This document shows positions 42,483 through 52,487 of a DNA stretch of 64,000 nt, piece after piece. The first letter of the stretch is position 1. Each line of letters starts with the position of its first letter. The notes beneath the pieces are model-generated. The model was not told the origin of the DNA. It made no database searches and saw only the letters and a program-made list of their open reading frames with translations. The translations under genes and the position numbers were made by a program. Origin of the DNA: Gammaproteobacteria bacterium (GTDB lineage Bacteria; Pseudomonadota; Gammaproteobacteria; Eutrophobiales; Eutrophobiaceae). The DNA lies in assembly GCA_965238225.1 (NCBI GenBank), contig OZ250183.1, forward strand, positions 224,001-288,000, in the 5' to 3' direction.

Positions 42483-45299
42483 TTAGTGTGCTGCATCCCA
42501 ATTATTGCCAGTACCAATGTCGACCAGTAATGGCACAGCGAGTTTCGCAGCATCGGTCATAATCCTTCTTATTTCAGGTTTTAGTATCTCTACTTTGTCT
42601 TCGTGTATTTCAAATACCAATTCATCATGTACCTGCATGATAAGTTTGACGTCAGGATAATCTTTATTCAAGTAGTTTTGAATATCAATCATTGCGCGTT
42701 TAATGATATCTGCAGCCGTGCCTTGCATCGGCGCATTTACTGCGGTTCGTTCCGCATATTGCCGGCGTGCTGCATTACGATCATTGATCTCGGGTAGGTA
42801 CAGTCGTCGGCCAAAAACTGTTTCAACATATCCTTGTGCTTTGGCTTTTTCTCGGGTTATTTCCATATAGTTTTTAACATCAGGGTAATGTTCAAAATAA
42901 CGATCGACATAATCTTTTGCCTCTCTTCGTGTAATACCTAGTTGCTTGGCCAAGCCAAAAGGAGACATGCCATAGATTAACCCAAAGTTTATTGCCTTGG
43001 CAGCGCGCCTCTCATCGCTGTTTACCTTATCAGGCGCTTTTGCAAAAACCTCTGCAGCTGTTTTTCTGTGTATATCTTCATTTTGACCAAAGGCCGCAAG
43101 CAAATCTTTATCCTCGGAAAGGTGCGCCATAATGCGTAATTCTATCTGGGAATAATCGGCTGCCAATAGCACATAATTTTCCGGGGCTATAAAGGCTTGT
43201 CGGATACGCCGACCCTGCTCTGTTCTAATGGGGATATTTTGCAAATTTGGATCAGAAGAAGACAGTCGGCCTGTTGCAGCAACAGCCTGATGATAAGAAG
43301 TATGTACCCTGCCTGTTGTGGCATCGATCTGCAACGGTAATTTATCAGTATAGGTACTCTTTAATTTGCTCAGGCTGCGATAATCAAGAATCAAACGCGG
43401 CAGTTCATAATTCTGTGCCAGTTCCTGTAGCACAGACTCGGCCGTTGATGGTTGCCCTTTGGGTGTCTTTGCCAGAATGGGCAATTGCATATCCTCATAA
43501 AGAATTTTTTGTATTTGCTTTGGTGAGCTAATATTGAATGGTTGTTTTGCCAGATCACATGCCTCGTGCTCAATTTCACTCAGTTGAGATTCGAGCTCAT
43601 GGCTGTGTTGGATAAGCATATCTGCGTTCACTGCTACACCGTTTCGTTCTACTTGAGACAAAACCGAAAGCAGAGGAATTTCTAAGGTTTCATAAATATA
43701 TTGTAGCTTCTTATTTTTTTGTAGCTCAGGCCATAAATTCTGGTGCAGTTGTAGCGCAATGTCGGCATCTTCCGCAGCATAAGGCGTAGCTTCCTCTATG
43801 GAGACTTGATTGAACGGAATTTGCTTACTGCCCTTACCGGCAATATCTTCATAGCGAGTTGTGGTGCGCTGTAAATAATTTAATGCCAGTGAGCTCATGT
43901 CATGGCGGTTGGCAGTGCTGTCTAGTACATATGATTGCAACATGGAATCATGCACGATACCAGTTAGATTAATATCGTAATTGGCGAGGATATTTTTATC
44001 GTATTTGAGGTTCTGTCCCAGTTTGGGCTTGTTGGGATCTTCTAACAATGGTCGAAGTTTTCCAAGCACCATAACGGCAGGCAACTGTTTTGGCGCAGTT
44101 TCATAATCATGAGCGATAGGAACGTAGGCGGCCTCGCCTGCCTCAGTGGAAAATGAAAGCCCAACCAGTTGCGCTGTCATGTAATCAAGGCTGGTGGTCT
44201 CGGTATCAAAAGCAAACAGCTTAGAGCGTTCAAGTTTTTCTAGCCAGAAATTAAGTGCGTCAGATGTGAGTATGGTTTCATAGTTTTGTCTGTCTGTGCT
44301 TGTAATTTTTAGTATTGGTTTGTGGGTGGGCTGCGCCACCGTTATTGCCTTTTCATATTTTTCTGTTACAGGCGCTGTCTGTGACGGTGTATGTGCCCTT
44401 TCGTCATTGTTATTTTTTGTACGATCAAGCTCAGAAAGCCAGCTTCTAAAACGCCATTGGCTATAGGAATTTCTGAGCGCCTGCTTGTCTCGTTTTGTTC
44501 GCACCAGTTCATGAGGTTTGAATTCCAAGCCAACATCAAGCTTCAGCGTGACCAGTTTTTTAGAGATGTAAAGCTGTTCTAGATTGGCACGCAGGTTTTC
44601 TCCAACCTTACCCTTTATATCTTCAGCATGTTCGATAATATTCTGCATAGAGCCATATTCAGACAACCATTTGACCGCTGTCTTCGGGCCGACCTTCGGG
44701 ATACCGGGGACGTTATCGGAGCTATCTCCCATTAAGGCAAGATAATCAATAATAGAAGCAGGCGGCACGCCATACTTTTTGATAACACCATCTCTGTCTA
44801 GAACCGTATTATTTGTGGTATTGATAAGCCGGACGTGGTCATCCACCAGCTGCGCAAGGTCTTTATCACCTGTTGCTACATAGGTTTTTAAGCTTTGTTG
44901 GCTGGCCTTAGTTGCTAACGTACCGATAACATCGTCTGCTTCTACACCATCAATCATCAATATAGGAACCCCGAGAGCACGAATAAGGCTGTGAATGGGT
45001 TCTATTTGACGAACAAGATCGTCCGGCATTGGCGGCCTATGTGCCTTATATTCAGCATACATATCGTTACGAAAGGTTTTACCTTTGGCATCAAAAACTA
45101 CGGCTAGATAATCTGGCTGGTATTTATTGATTAGTTTATTCAGCATATTGATTACACCAAAAATTGCGCCTGTAGGCTCACCTTTGTCGTTATTTAACTT
45201 CGGCATGCCATGGTAGGCGCGGAACATGTAGTACGAACCATCGACTAGAACGAATTTTTTATTATCCATTTTTACTGTGGGGATGTCTGAAGTTGCCAT
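42483..45299 (-). CDS. polA: DNA polymerase I
   Basis: 5'-exonuclease (EADDVIGT, GDKD), 3'-exonuclease (FDTETT), polymerase motifs DYSQIELR, KAINFGLIYG, QVHDE. Confidence 0.99.
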   Translation of the reverse strand: MATSDIPTVKMDNKKFVLVDGSYYMFRAYHGMPKLNNDKGEPTGAIFGVINMLNKLINKYQPDYLAVVFDAKGKTFRNDMYAEYKAHRPPMPDDLVRQIEPIHSLIRALGVPILMIDGVEADDVIGTLATKASQQSLKTYVATGDKDLAQLVDDHVRLINTTNNTVLDRDGVIKKYGVPPASIIDYLALMGDSSDNVPGIPKVGPKTAVKWLSEYGSMQNIIEHAEDIKGKVGENLRANLEQLYISKKLVTLKLDVGLEFKPHELVRTKRDKQALRNSYSQWRFRSWLSELDRTKNNNDERAHTPSQTAPVTEKYEKAITVAQPTHKPILKITSTDRQNYETILTSDALNFWLEKLERSKLFAFDTETTSLDYMTAQLVGLSFSTEAGEAAYVPIAHDYETAPKQLPAVMVLGKLRPLLEDPNKPKLGQNLKYDKNILANYDINLTGIVHDSMLQSYVLDSTANRHDMSSLALNYLQRTTTRYEDIAGKGSKQIPFNQVSIEEATPYAAEDADIALQLHQNLWPELQKNKKLQYIYETLEIPLLSVLSQVERNGVAVNADMLIQHSHELESQLSEIEHEACDLAKQPFNISSPKQIQKILYEDMQLPILAKTPKGQPSTAESVLQELAQNYELPRLILDYRSLSKLKSTYTDKLPLQIDATTGRVHTSYHQAVAATGRLSSSDPNLQNIPIRTEQGRRIRQAFIAPENYVLLAADYSQIELRIMAHLSEDKDLLAAFGQNEDIHRKTAAEVFAKAPDKVNSDERRAAKAINFGLIYGMSPFGLAKQLGITRREAKDYVDRYFEHYPDVKNYMEITREKAKAQGYVETVFGRRLYLPEINDRNAARRQYAERTAVNAPMQGTAADIIKRAMIDIQNYLNKDYPDVKLIMQVHDELVFEIHEDKVEILKPEIRRIMTDAAKLAVPLLVDIGTGNNWDAAH

Positions 45300-45518
45300 G
45301 CGCGTTAAATATGATTTTCAAATATGGTTTATTGTTCTCGCATTATGAATGATCAGGACAGATCTGCCCAACCATTCAGACACTATAGAGATATTTCGCT
45401 CAAGTTTTCTGTAATTCGCATAGTTTTAAAGATTGTTTTTGATACACTTGAATTGCAAGGTCTAAGGCTTATGCCAGTATTTACCCTGTTAAGTTTTGTT
45501 GGAAACAGATAGAGTCAG

Positions 45519-45884
45519 ATGAATAAATTACAATTATTAAAATTAATACTTGCCACCCTCCCATTGGTGTCTTTTCCTGTATTTGCCGATGCCGAGAGTC
45601 ATCTTGGGCTCGAATACATTAATATCCCCAAGCCCCCTGAATTACCAGACCCTACAGAAAGTGGCGAAATACTTGAGCCTGAGATTACCATCGTGCCTAG
45701 CGATGATGGCGGAACCATTACCGAATATCGCGTTAATGGCAATTTATATCAGGTAAAAATCATTCCAACAGTCGGTCTATCTTATTACTTGATAGACAGG
45801 GACGGGGATGGAAAAATGGATTGCAGGCTTAATAATATCTACGATGATATTTGTATTCCACAATGGATACTGTTTAGTTGGTAA
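45519..45884 (+). CDS. DUF2782-like periplasmic protein
   Basis: Signal peptide, EPEITI, EYRVNG.LY.VKI.P, YYLID.DGDG, PQWILFSW; divergent from polA. Confidence 0.85.
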   Translation: MNKLQLLKLILATLPLVSFPVFADAESHLGLEYINIPKPPELPDPTESGEILEPEITIVPSDDGGTITEYRVNGNLYQVKIIPTVGLSYYLIDRDGDGKMDCRLNNIYDDICIPQWILFSW

Positions 45885-45960
45885 GATTTATATTAAAAAG
45901 TTATAAAGGAATCTTTAAAGTCGCAGCGCGATTTAGAAGTTAACGCACAGCAAGCACTTG

Positions 45961-46696
45961 TCAATGTCGCGATGCAGTTCTAGCGGTTAATGTTTGTGCG
46001 CCTTTATTGTTTCTATATTTAATAAGTTTATTAAAATCCTCAAGCTTAAAGATTGAAGATACATTATTATAAAGTGTTTGTATATTATCCATACCATTAA
46101 ATTCCTGCCTATCCACAAGCACAATCACACCAACAATATAATAACCCGCATCTACAAATGCCTTACAGGCTTCAATAGTAGACGCACCTGTTGTGACCAC
46201 ATCATCCACAACAACAATCTTAGTGCCCTTGGGTTGTTGGTGTTCAATCCTAGCCAATGTCCCGTGCTCCTTGGTTTGTTTACGCACGATACAGCCTGTT
46301 TGTAATACCAAACCTTGCTTCAAATGCTTTCTGAATGACACCAGCAACAATGAAATCCGCACCCATGGTAAGTCCACCAATGGCAGTTGGTGTTGTCTTA
46401 AACTCTTTGATTCTTTTAAGGAACGCTGCGGATACTAGGGATAACCCCTCGCCATCTAGGGTTACTTGTTTGCAATCGAAATAAAAGTCTGATTGTATAC
46501 CTGTGCTTAGGGTAAAGTTACCTATTTTAAGGCAGCAACCTTCTATAAGTTCGCGCAAGATTTCTTTTGAATTACCTGTTTCAGGGTGAGCACTTCCAGC
46601 GGAATTCATTTTAGCACTCATCACCATAAGGATATCGCCACCAAAGCAGTCAATAGTTACGTCTCGCAATGTATCCGTTTCTGACGTAACCGTCAA
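45961..46696 (-). pseudogene. Orotate phosphoribosyltransferase-like gene split by one frameshift
   Basis: First frame FTLSTGIQSDFYFDCK...GGLTMGAD; second frame IVRKQTKEHGT...VVVDDVVTTGAST...LVDR. Removing one base near 46297 joins them. Start uncertain. Confidence 0.8.
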
Positions 46697-46741
46697 TATC
46701 CCTTAGTTTAAACTATATTTAACTTGCAACCATCATTAATA

Positions 46742-48097
46742 TTACGAGACTAAAAATATTGAAGCCAATCCCAGAAAAGTCATAAATCCAACCACATCCG
46801 TCACCGTCGTTAGCACCACTCCCCCTGCGATTGCCGGATCAACCCCATACTGTTTCAAACATAAAGGAATTACTGCGCCCGCTAATGCCGCAACCAGTAA
46901 ATTCACAAGCATTGCAAGACCAATAATAAAACCAAGCGAAATATCACCAAACCAAAATACAACAACGGCAGCAACCACACATGCCCATATCAAGCCATTT
47001 AACAAACCAACAGACACCTCTTTTAACATCAAGGCGCGTATATTGCTTTTACCTAATTGACCCAGCGCAATACCTCGAATGGCAATCGTTAGAGTCTGGC
47101 TACCAGCTACACCACCCATGCCAGCAACGACAGGCATAAGCACGGCAAGCGCGACCAGTTGCTGAATGGTGTCTTCAAAACGACCAATAACCCAAGCACC
47201 AAGAAAAGCGGTTGCCATGTTAATTCCCAACCAAACGGCTCGGTGCCTTATGCTTGTGACTACTGGCGCAAACATATCATCATCACTGAGGCCGGCCATG
47301 CTTCTCACGGTTTGTTCCGCTTCCCCCTGAATCACATTGACAACATCATCCACAGTGATACGGCCAAGCAATATGCTCTCGTCATTTACTACGGCGGCAG
47401 AAACAAGGTCGTATCGTTCAAAGACCTTGACAACTTCATTGGCGGAGAGATTGGCAGAGATTCCAGCTTCTTCTTTCATCAGTTCACCGACACGCTGTTT
47501 AGAATTCCCGACCAGAATATCCATTACTATTAGCACACCCAGATATTGATTATTCCTATCAACTACCATCAGGTTATCTGTTTTTTCCGGGATATTGTCC
47601 ATACGCCTTAAATAACGGATCACTACATCTAACGTTATATCAGCACGTACTAGAATGACATCTGTATTCATCAGGCCGCCGGCTGTATCTTTGGAATGTG
47701 CTAAAACAGAAGTCAGGCGTTCTCTGTTTTGTTTATCCATGGACAGTAATACGCTATTTTGGATGTCTTCTGGCAGATCCTGAATGATATCGGCGACATC
47801 ATCTGTTTCTAGATCTTTGGTTACCTCCACAACTTCTTTAGGTTGCATTATCTCTAGGAGATCAGCGCGTACCGAATCTTGTAGATGAGCTAGGACATCC
47901 CCTTCTAAGTCAAACTCAATAAGATTCCATATTTTTTTACGGGATTTTCCTGGCAAGCTTTCAAGAAAATCTGCAATTTCTGAAGGGTGCATTTCGGACA
48001 GAAAGGAACGGGCGCGATCAAAAGATTCGCTTGCAAGGAGTTCGTGCAGTTCTGTAAAGGTGTCTTGCGTTGTGCTTTTTTGTATCAGATCACTCAT
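46742..48097 (-). CDS. mgtE: Magnesium transporter MgtE
   Basis: TAGGLM, CBS pair, GRITVDD, GGVAGSQ, DPA...TTVTDVVG. ATG 48097 preferred. Confidence 0.97.
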   Translation of the reverse strand: MSDLIQKSTTQDTFTELHELLASESFDRARSFLSEMHPSEIADFLESLPGKSRKKIWNLIEFDLEGDVLAHLQDSVRADLLEIMQPKEVVEVTKDLETDDVADIIQDLPEDIQNSVLLSMDKQNRERLTSVLAHSKDTAGGLMNTDVILVRADITLDVVIRYLRRMDNIPEKTDNLMVVDRNNQYLGVLIVMDILVGNSKQRVGELMKEEAGISANLSANEVVKVFERYDLVSAAVVNDESILLGRITVDDVVNVIQGEAEQTVRSMAGLSDDDMFAPVVTSIRHRAVWLGINMATAFLGAWVIGRFEDTIQQLVALAVLMPVVAGMGGVAGSQTLTIAIRGIALGQLGKSNIRALMLKEVSVGLLNGLIWACVVAAVVVFWFGDISLGFIIGLAMLVNLLVAALAGAVIPLCLKQYGVDPAIAGGVVLTTVTDVVGFMTFLGLASIFLVS

Positions 48098-48240
48098 GAT
48101 TAATGTCTCGAATAGATAAGACAAGTGTAACAGCCAGGAAAAAGAATAGGCAGAGGAATGTGTTTTTAGCTTGCCAGCTTATTTGCGTTTAATGTCATTA
48201 GAATTTTCTGAGAAATTTTTTAAAAAAGATTGCCTTGTTG

Positions 48241-49977
48241 TCAGGGTTTGGTCTCGCGCATAATGTTGGCAACCTCAACACCATCGCTTGCATTTAGTGC
48301 TTGTTTGGTCAGCATTTCAAGTTCTCTTATATTGCTGTCGATGATGATCTGTTTAATTTTCAGCAAGGTCGCAGGATGGACACTGAATTCGCGCAGGCCA
48401 AGCCCCAGTAAGAGACGTGTATATTTTGTTTCACCTGCCATTTCTCCACACATCGCGACTGGAATCTTTTCTTTTTTGCCGGACTTAATTGTGTTTAGAA
48501 TTAACCTTAGTACCGCTGGATTCAGCGGATCATATAAATAGTTGACCTCACCGTTTACACGGTCAATGGCCATGGTGTACTGAATTAAATCATTGGTGCC
48601 AATAGATAAAAAATCCAGTTGTTTGGCAAAGATGTCAGCACAGACTGCGGCAGCAGGAACTTCTATCATGCCACCAATCTGTAGATCATGATCATAAGGG
48701 ATGTCAAGCTCACTAAGTTCCCCTTTAATTTTATTTATCATCTGCAAGACTTGTTGCATTTCATGTATGTTGGAGAGCATTGGTATTAGAATCCGAATAG
48801 AGCCATGCGCCGAGGCACGAATAATCGCACGTAACTGCGGGCGGAATAGGGCAGGTTCTTTCAGGCATAATCTTATCGCGCGCAAGCCAAGTGCAGGGTT
48901 GGTTGTGACCGAACCGTTTTGACTGCCACCATCAACCTGTTTGTCGGCACCCAGATCTAAAGTTCGAATAGTTAAGGGCAGCCCTTTGAGGGCATCAATG
49001 ACTTTTTTGTAAGTGTTGTAGTGCTCTTCTTCATCAGGAGGGGACTCCCGATTCATGTAAAGGAATTCTGTACGGTACAGGCCAACGCCACTGGCTCCGA
49101 CCTCAACAACCGTTTTAAAATCTTTTGGTAGCTCAATATTCGCATGCAATGTGATAAGGGTTTCATCAAGTGTAATCGCAGGCTTATTTTTGAGTTTTTT
49201 AAGTTTGCTGAAGTAACGTTTTTCTTTCTTTTGTAAACTTTGGTAGTGTGATAGTTCGCGTTTGTCTGGGTCAATTAGGATGATGCCACATGATCCGTCA
49301 AGAATAATTTCTTCGTCATCATTGACATAACGTAAAGCATTTCTCAGCCCAACGATTGTCGGAATGCCAAGGCTGCGAGCCAAAATAGCTGTGTGTGATG
49401 TCGGCCCACCAAGCTCTGTGGCAAAGGCGGCAATGCCATGATGTTGCATTAATACTGTATCGGCAGGTGTTAAATCATTAGCCATAACAATATAATTTGC
49501 CAATTGTTGGTCGGCTTTTTCGTGTCGTAGTGGCGTCTGTTTCAGTAGCACACGCTGAATATGGTTAACAACATACTCTACATCATCCTTGCGCGTGCGC
49601 AAATAGGCATCATCCATTTCATCAAATACGGCAACCAATGCATCGCGCTGAAGCTTTAGTGCCCACTCAGCATTGCAGGAGAGCTCCTTTATTAGGCGCA
49701 TCGGTTCTTTGCTTAAGGCAACATCATCCAACATCAATAGGTGTGTGTCGATGAAGGCTTTAATGTTGATGCTGGTAGAGTCAGGAATATGTTTGCGAAT
49801 TGCCCGAAGTTGTTGTCGAGTATTTGTTAGTGCATTTTTAAAACGTTGTATCTCATCAGAAATCTGGTGTTTTTTTATGTTGTATTCACGAATATCAAGA
49901 TCATCTCTTTTAACGATATGGACTTTGCCGATGGCAATCCCCGCAGATACCCCTACGCCATGCAATGCGATCGTCAT
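48241..49977 (-). CDS. ptsI: Phosphoenolpyruvate-protein phosphotransferase (PTS enzyme I)
   Basis: GPTSHTAI, GLYRTEF, NPALGLRAIR, SIGTNDL, CGEMAG; no GAF domain. Confidence 0.96.
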   Translation of the reverse strand: MTIALHGVGVSAGIAIGKVHIVKRDDLDIREYNIKKHQISDEIQRFKNALTNTRQQLRAIRKHIPDSTSINIKAFIDTHLLMLDDVALSKEPMRLIKELSCNAEWALKLQRDALVAVFDEMDDAYLRTRKDDVEYVVNHIQRVLLKQTPLRHEKADQQLANYIVMANDLTPADTVLMQHHGIAAFATELGGPTSHTAILARSLGIPTIVGLRNALRYVNDDEEIILDGSCGIILIDPDKRELSHYQSLQKKEKRYFSKLKKLKNKPAITLDETLITLHANIELPKDFKTVVEVGASGVGLYRTEFLYMNRESPPDEEEHYNTYKKVIDALKGLPLTIRTLDLGADKQVDGGSQNGSVTTNPALGLRAIRLCLKEPALFRPQLRAIIRASAHGSIRILIPMLSNIHEMQQVLQMINKIKGELSELDIPYDHDLQIGGMIEVPAAAVCADIFAKQLDFLSIGTNDLIQYTMAIDRVNGEVNYLYDPLNPAVLRLILNTIKSGKKEKIPVAMCGEMAGETKYTRLLLGLGLREFSVHPATLLKIKQIIIDSNIRELEMLTKQALNASDGVEVANIMRETKP

Positions 49978-50243
49978 TCACCTTCTCCAAAACGATCCAG
50001 TAATGTATTTTTCAGAGCATCCAGCGCTTTAGCTTCATCGCTACCATATGCAATGATTTCAATTTTTGCACCCTTACCAGCTGCCAACATCATTACTCCC
50101 ATAATGCTTTTGCCATTGACTTCTTTGCCGTCATATTTAAGGCTAATTTTGCAGCTAAAGTCTGAGGCAATCTGTACAAATTTAGCTGCCGCACGAGCAT
50201 GCAGTCCAAACTTATTGACAATCGTGACTATTCTCGTTGCCAT
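49974..50243 (-). CDS. HPr/NPr phosphocarrier
   Basis: GLHARAAAKFV, GKSIMGVMMLAA. Confidence 0.96.
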   Translation of the reverse strand: MATRIVTIVNKFGLHARAAAKFVQIASDFSCKISLKYDGKEVNGKSIMGVMMLAAGKGAKIEIIAYGSDEAKALDALKNTLLDRFGEGE

Positions 50244-50245
50244 AA

Positions 50246-50641
50246 TTAACGCTCTTGCATTATCCTGGAGATACCATCCTTGCCGCCGCTGACTGCTTTT
50301 TTAGAGAGCTCTTTAAGAGTGAGCTTAGGATAGTTAAACACACGAATCAACATGGAAAGATTTAAACCAGAAACAACATGTATACGTCTTTCTGAGGCGA
50401 GCTTTCGTGCAATATTACAGGGTGTTGAGCCAAACAGATCTGTTAACACAAGAACACCCTCCCCAGTATCCAGCAGCTCTATTAGCTTATTGGCATCTTC
50501 GGCTAGCTCATTTGGATCACAATCAAGAGAGACAGGTAATAGTTTTGTTTGTAGGGGACAATTATTTAGCATCGATGTAGCAGCGCCAAGCAATGCAGTG
50601 CCAATACCGTTATGACCTATAATTAAAACACCAATACTCAT
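50246..50641 (-). CDS. PTS EIIA (mannose/fructose family) component
   Basis: IGVLIIGH, VLTDLFGSTPCN, GLNLSML; GAGAGG RBS before ATG 50641. Confidence 0.93.
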   Translation of the reverse strand: MSIGVLIIGHNGIGTALLGAATSMLNNCPLQTKLLPVSLDCDPNELAEDANKLIELLDTGEGVLVLTDLFGSTPCNIARKLASERRIHVVSGLNLSMLIRVFNYPKLTLKELSKKAVSGGKDGISRIMQER

Positions 50642-50657
50642 AAACATGCCTCTCTTA

Positions 50658-50844
50658 TTAAATATCTTTGTGATTAATGACAATGTGTTTCGCTTGCTAG
50701 CGAAAGTAATCGGTAAGCTTTTCTGTCAAATAAATAAAAGTAGTATCGTTTGCAGAGACCCGAATCTTTAAAGGCGTACAAAGCAACACATCTTCAGTCG
50801 CTGCAAGTTTATTTGCCGCGCTCAGTTGTTTTGCGCCCTTTATA
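50658..50844 (-). pseudogene. rapZ: rapZ (yhbJ) remnant with a large internal deletion
   Basis: In the hprK-EIIA slot; VALYAFKDSGLC resembles RapZ N-terminal VALRALEDMGFYC, and YLTEKLTDYFR*QAKHIVINHKDI* resembles C-terminal Y.AEQLADYFR....V..RHR.L. Confidence 0.7.
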
Positions 50845-51873
50845 TTATTTTTTATTTTGTTTTATAATCATAGTGGTTTGTCTTTTTGCGAATTCTTTAG
50901 AAGCATTATAGCCGCTCATGCGTAACATATGATTCCTCGCGGCACATTCTAGCAAAATGGCGAGGTTTCTGCCTGACGCGACAGGCAATGTAATTTCAGG
51001 TATCTCAAGATCAAGAATAGTCTGTGTAGTGTAACTGCCTTCCAATCGATTGATTTGTTTATTGCTTTCTTCGCTTAAATGTTCAAGCCGTATGATGAGC
51101 CTCAGGTATTTATTGATTTTGATGGCACTGTCTCCAAACAGTTCGCGAACATTGATAATGCCCAGCCCTCTGACTTCAAGGAAATCCTGTAGCGCAGACG
51201 GGCAGGAGCCATTGATGATATCGGGTGCAATACGGGAGAATTGTGGAGCATCATCCGCCACGAGTTGATGTCCGCGAGTAATAAGTTCCAGAGCCAGCTC
51301 ACTTTTACCAACGCCACTTGGCCCAGTTATCAATACGCCGATTGCATGAATTTCCAGATAAACACCATGTAACGTCAAAATATCTGCAAACAAATTGCTT
51401 AGGTAGTAATGTAGTGAGTTTGTGATTTTATTACTGGTCAAAGGGGAGCTTAAAAGAGGAACACTGTGTTCGTTACATTTTCTCTTTAGAAAAGTGGGCG
51501 TGGTCTTGTTGCCGGAAATAATAATGCATGCTGGGTTGGACATAAATAATTGACGAATGGCATCCTGTTTCGAATTACCTTTAAGACTTTCAAAGTATTT
51601 TAGTGCCGTGTCACCAAGAATCTGAATTTGGTGTGGATGGATCAGATTCAGATAGCCCACCAGTGACCCGCTGTCTGTTACCTTTCTTTTTTTTGGTGTT
51701 TTCTTTTTCTTTGCCTGCTTATCTCTTGATTCCTCGGGAAGAATAATATTCGTACTACCTCCCTGTCCCGCTATCCATTTCAGGCCGTATTTTTCAGAGT
51801 GACTATCAAAGAGTTCTTTTACTGTAATTTGACTGATATGTCTGGCATAATGATCACCTTGTAAGTATTTCAT
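50845..51873 (-). CDS. hprK: HPr kinase/phosphorylase
   Basis: LHGV, GPSGVGKSELALELI.RGH.LVADD, LEVRGLG, GRNLA. Confidence 0.97.
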   Translation of the reverse strand: MKYLQGDHYARHISQITVKELFDSHSEKYGLKWIAGQGGSTNIILPEESRDKQAKKKKTPKKRKVTDSGSLVGYLNLIHPHQIQILGDTALKYFESLKGNSKQDAIRQLFMSNPACIIISGNKTTPTFLKRKCNEHSVPLLSSPLTSNKITNSLHYYLSNLFADILTLHGVYLEIHAIGVLITGPSGVGKSELALELITRGHQLVADDAPQFSRIAPDIINGSCPSALQDFLEVRGLGIINVRELFGDSAIKINKYLRLIIRLEHLSEESNKQINRLEGSYTTQTILDLEIPEITLPVASGRNLAILLECAARNHMLRMSGYNASKEFAKRQTTMIIKQNKK

Positions 51874-52300
51874 ATATTCCCTTGACAGTTGTTTCCGATC
51901 TTAGTTGTTTAAGTGTTTTAGGATCGTCAAACATTTCGGCCAGATAAGTCAGAATTCTTAAATGTTCATCGGTGGAATTTTCAGGCACAAGCAGCGCAAA
52001 AAACAGATCGACATGGGCATCATCAATAGCATCATAATTAATTCCATGTTGTAATTGGATAAAGGCAGCAATTGTTTTTTTGCTGCCTTTAAGCCTGCAG
52101 TGTGGTATGGCGACGCCTTTACCAAACCCTGTATTGCCCAGTTTTTCTCTGGCTATCAAGGAGTCTAAAACCTCAATATAGCCAATTGATGGGTCGGTAT
52201 TAGCTAGGAGCTTTGATAATTCTTCTAGGATCGCTTTTTTGCTTGAAAATGTTTGGCCACTAAGGACATTGTCAGAAAAAAGTATTTCTGATATTTGCAT
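51854..52300 (-). CDS. ptsN: PTS EIIA(Ntr) regulatory protein
   Basis: SSKK, AREKLGNTGFGKGVAIPHCR; rpoN operon. Confidence 0.95.
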   Translation of the reverse strand: MQISEILFSDNVLSGQTFSSKKAILEELSKLLANTDPSIGYIEVLDSLIAREKLGNTGFGKGVAIPHCRLKGSKKTIAAFIQLQHGINYDAIDDAHVDLFFALLVPENSTDEHLRILTYLAEMFDDPKTLKQLRSETTVKGIYEILTR

Positions 52301-52334
52301 GATTTTTCTATTGTTTGTTTAGGTTTATATTTTT

Positions 52335-52431
52335 TTAACTAGACAGCTTGCAGAGATGATCTTTTAGTTTTTCTTTATGTTTTTGTGTTGGTTATAAAGC
52401 TTGATAGAGGGCTTAAAATGTTAATTTGCAT
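52335..52431 (-). pseudogene. hpf: hpf (ribosome hibernation promoting factor) remnant
   Basis: In the rpoN-ptsN slot; AGGA RBS and MQINI start, then in another frame KHKEKLKDH, the two ends of HPF within 97 nt. Confidence 0.75.
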
Positions 52432-52487
52432 TTTTAATTCCTACTATTTTTAATAGTCGCCATTATCGTAATATTAAATAAACGATA

